A DNA stretch of 64,000 nucleotides from Octopus sinensis (Eukaryota), in NCBI RefSeq assembly GCF_006345805.1, contig NC_043023.1, positions 2,418,001-2,482,000 of the forward strand, in the 5' to 3' direction. The notes under the pieces were generated by a model. The model saw only the letters and a list, made by a program, of their open reading frames with translations. It ran no database searches and was not told where the DNA came from. The position numbers were made by a program, and so were the translations under genes. Shown one piece after another: positions 63,663-64,000 of this stretch. Position 1 is the stretch's first letter. Every line of letters begins with the position of its first letter.

Positions 63663-64000
63663 TCTATATATATAAACAGCAAAATGTCTGTGTGTGTATC
63701 CTTTATACAAATTCACAATTTTTCAGTTAGAGGGCTTGCACTTTCTATGGTCATTAAAAACCGTCCAAGGGTGGTCGTGCTCATCTTTACATTTCCCCAG
63801 TCACCCCACAAATTCATTAAAAAAATCAATAGAAGTGACTTTTTTGTGAATTTTCTATCCAAAACCTAATCAAAATGGCCGAAACTTGATACGCCATTTG
63901 AATGCCAGCTAGCTGTATGTGATTGGTCGGAGATTTGGACAGTACTCACGTGTATGTGCACACCCACGCAGCTGTATATGCAGGCACAAGCACTATTATT
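63663..64000 (+). mobile_element. Probable 5' part of another non-autonomous Helitron (runs off the window)
   Basis: A|TCTATATATATAAA start followed by TGTCTGTGTGTG; the 3' end is not visible. Confidence 0.5.

Overview
This is eukaryotic, AT-rich, repeat-saturated DNA. The SINE and LINE families look like those I associate with octopod cephalopods (Octopus); that assignment is by recognition, not a search. I found no intact host protein-coding gene, rRNA, true tRNA gene or CRISPR array. Almost all long ORFs in the supplied track are microsatellite or repeat artefacts. The window contains (i) dozens of copies of at least five tRNA-headed SINE families (labelled A, B, C, E, F here) plus an RTE-LINE 3'-UTR family (D); (ii) decayed LINE fragments (Tx1/L1 ORF1 and ORF2, RTE, RTE-BovB, RTE-X-like, R4/Dong-like with a restriction-like endonuclease); (iii) DNA-transposon relics (mariners, piggyBac-like and hAT-like MITEs, non-autonomous Helitrons, a fold-back element); (iv) several tandem arrays born inside those elements; and (v) very large TA/TG, AAT and GAA microsatellite fields. 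The most notable signal is a cluster of hammerhead-ribozyme motifs at 14.3-17.7 kb. Two have intact cores and sit one in each arm of a ~310-bp near-perfect palindrome, a third has an intact core and a long stem II, and a decayed pair lies in an inverted Penelope-like insertion that splits a mariner. All structures were read by eye and need computational and experimental confirmation.
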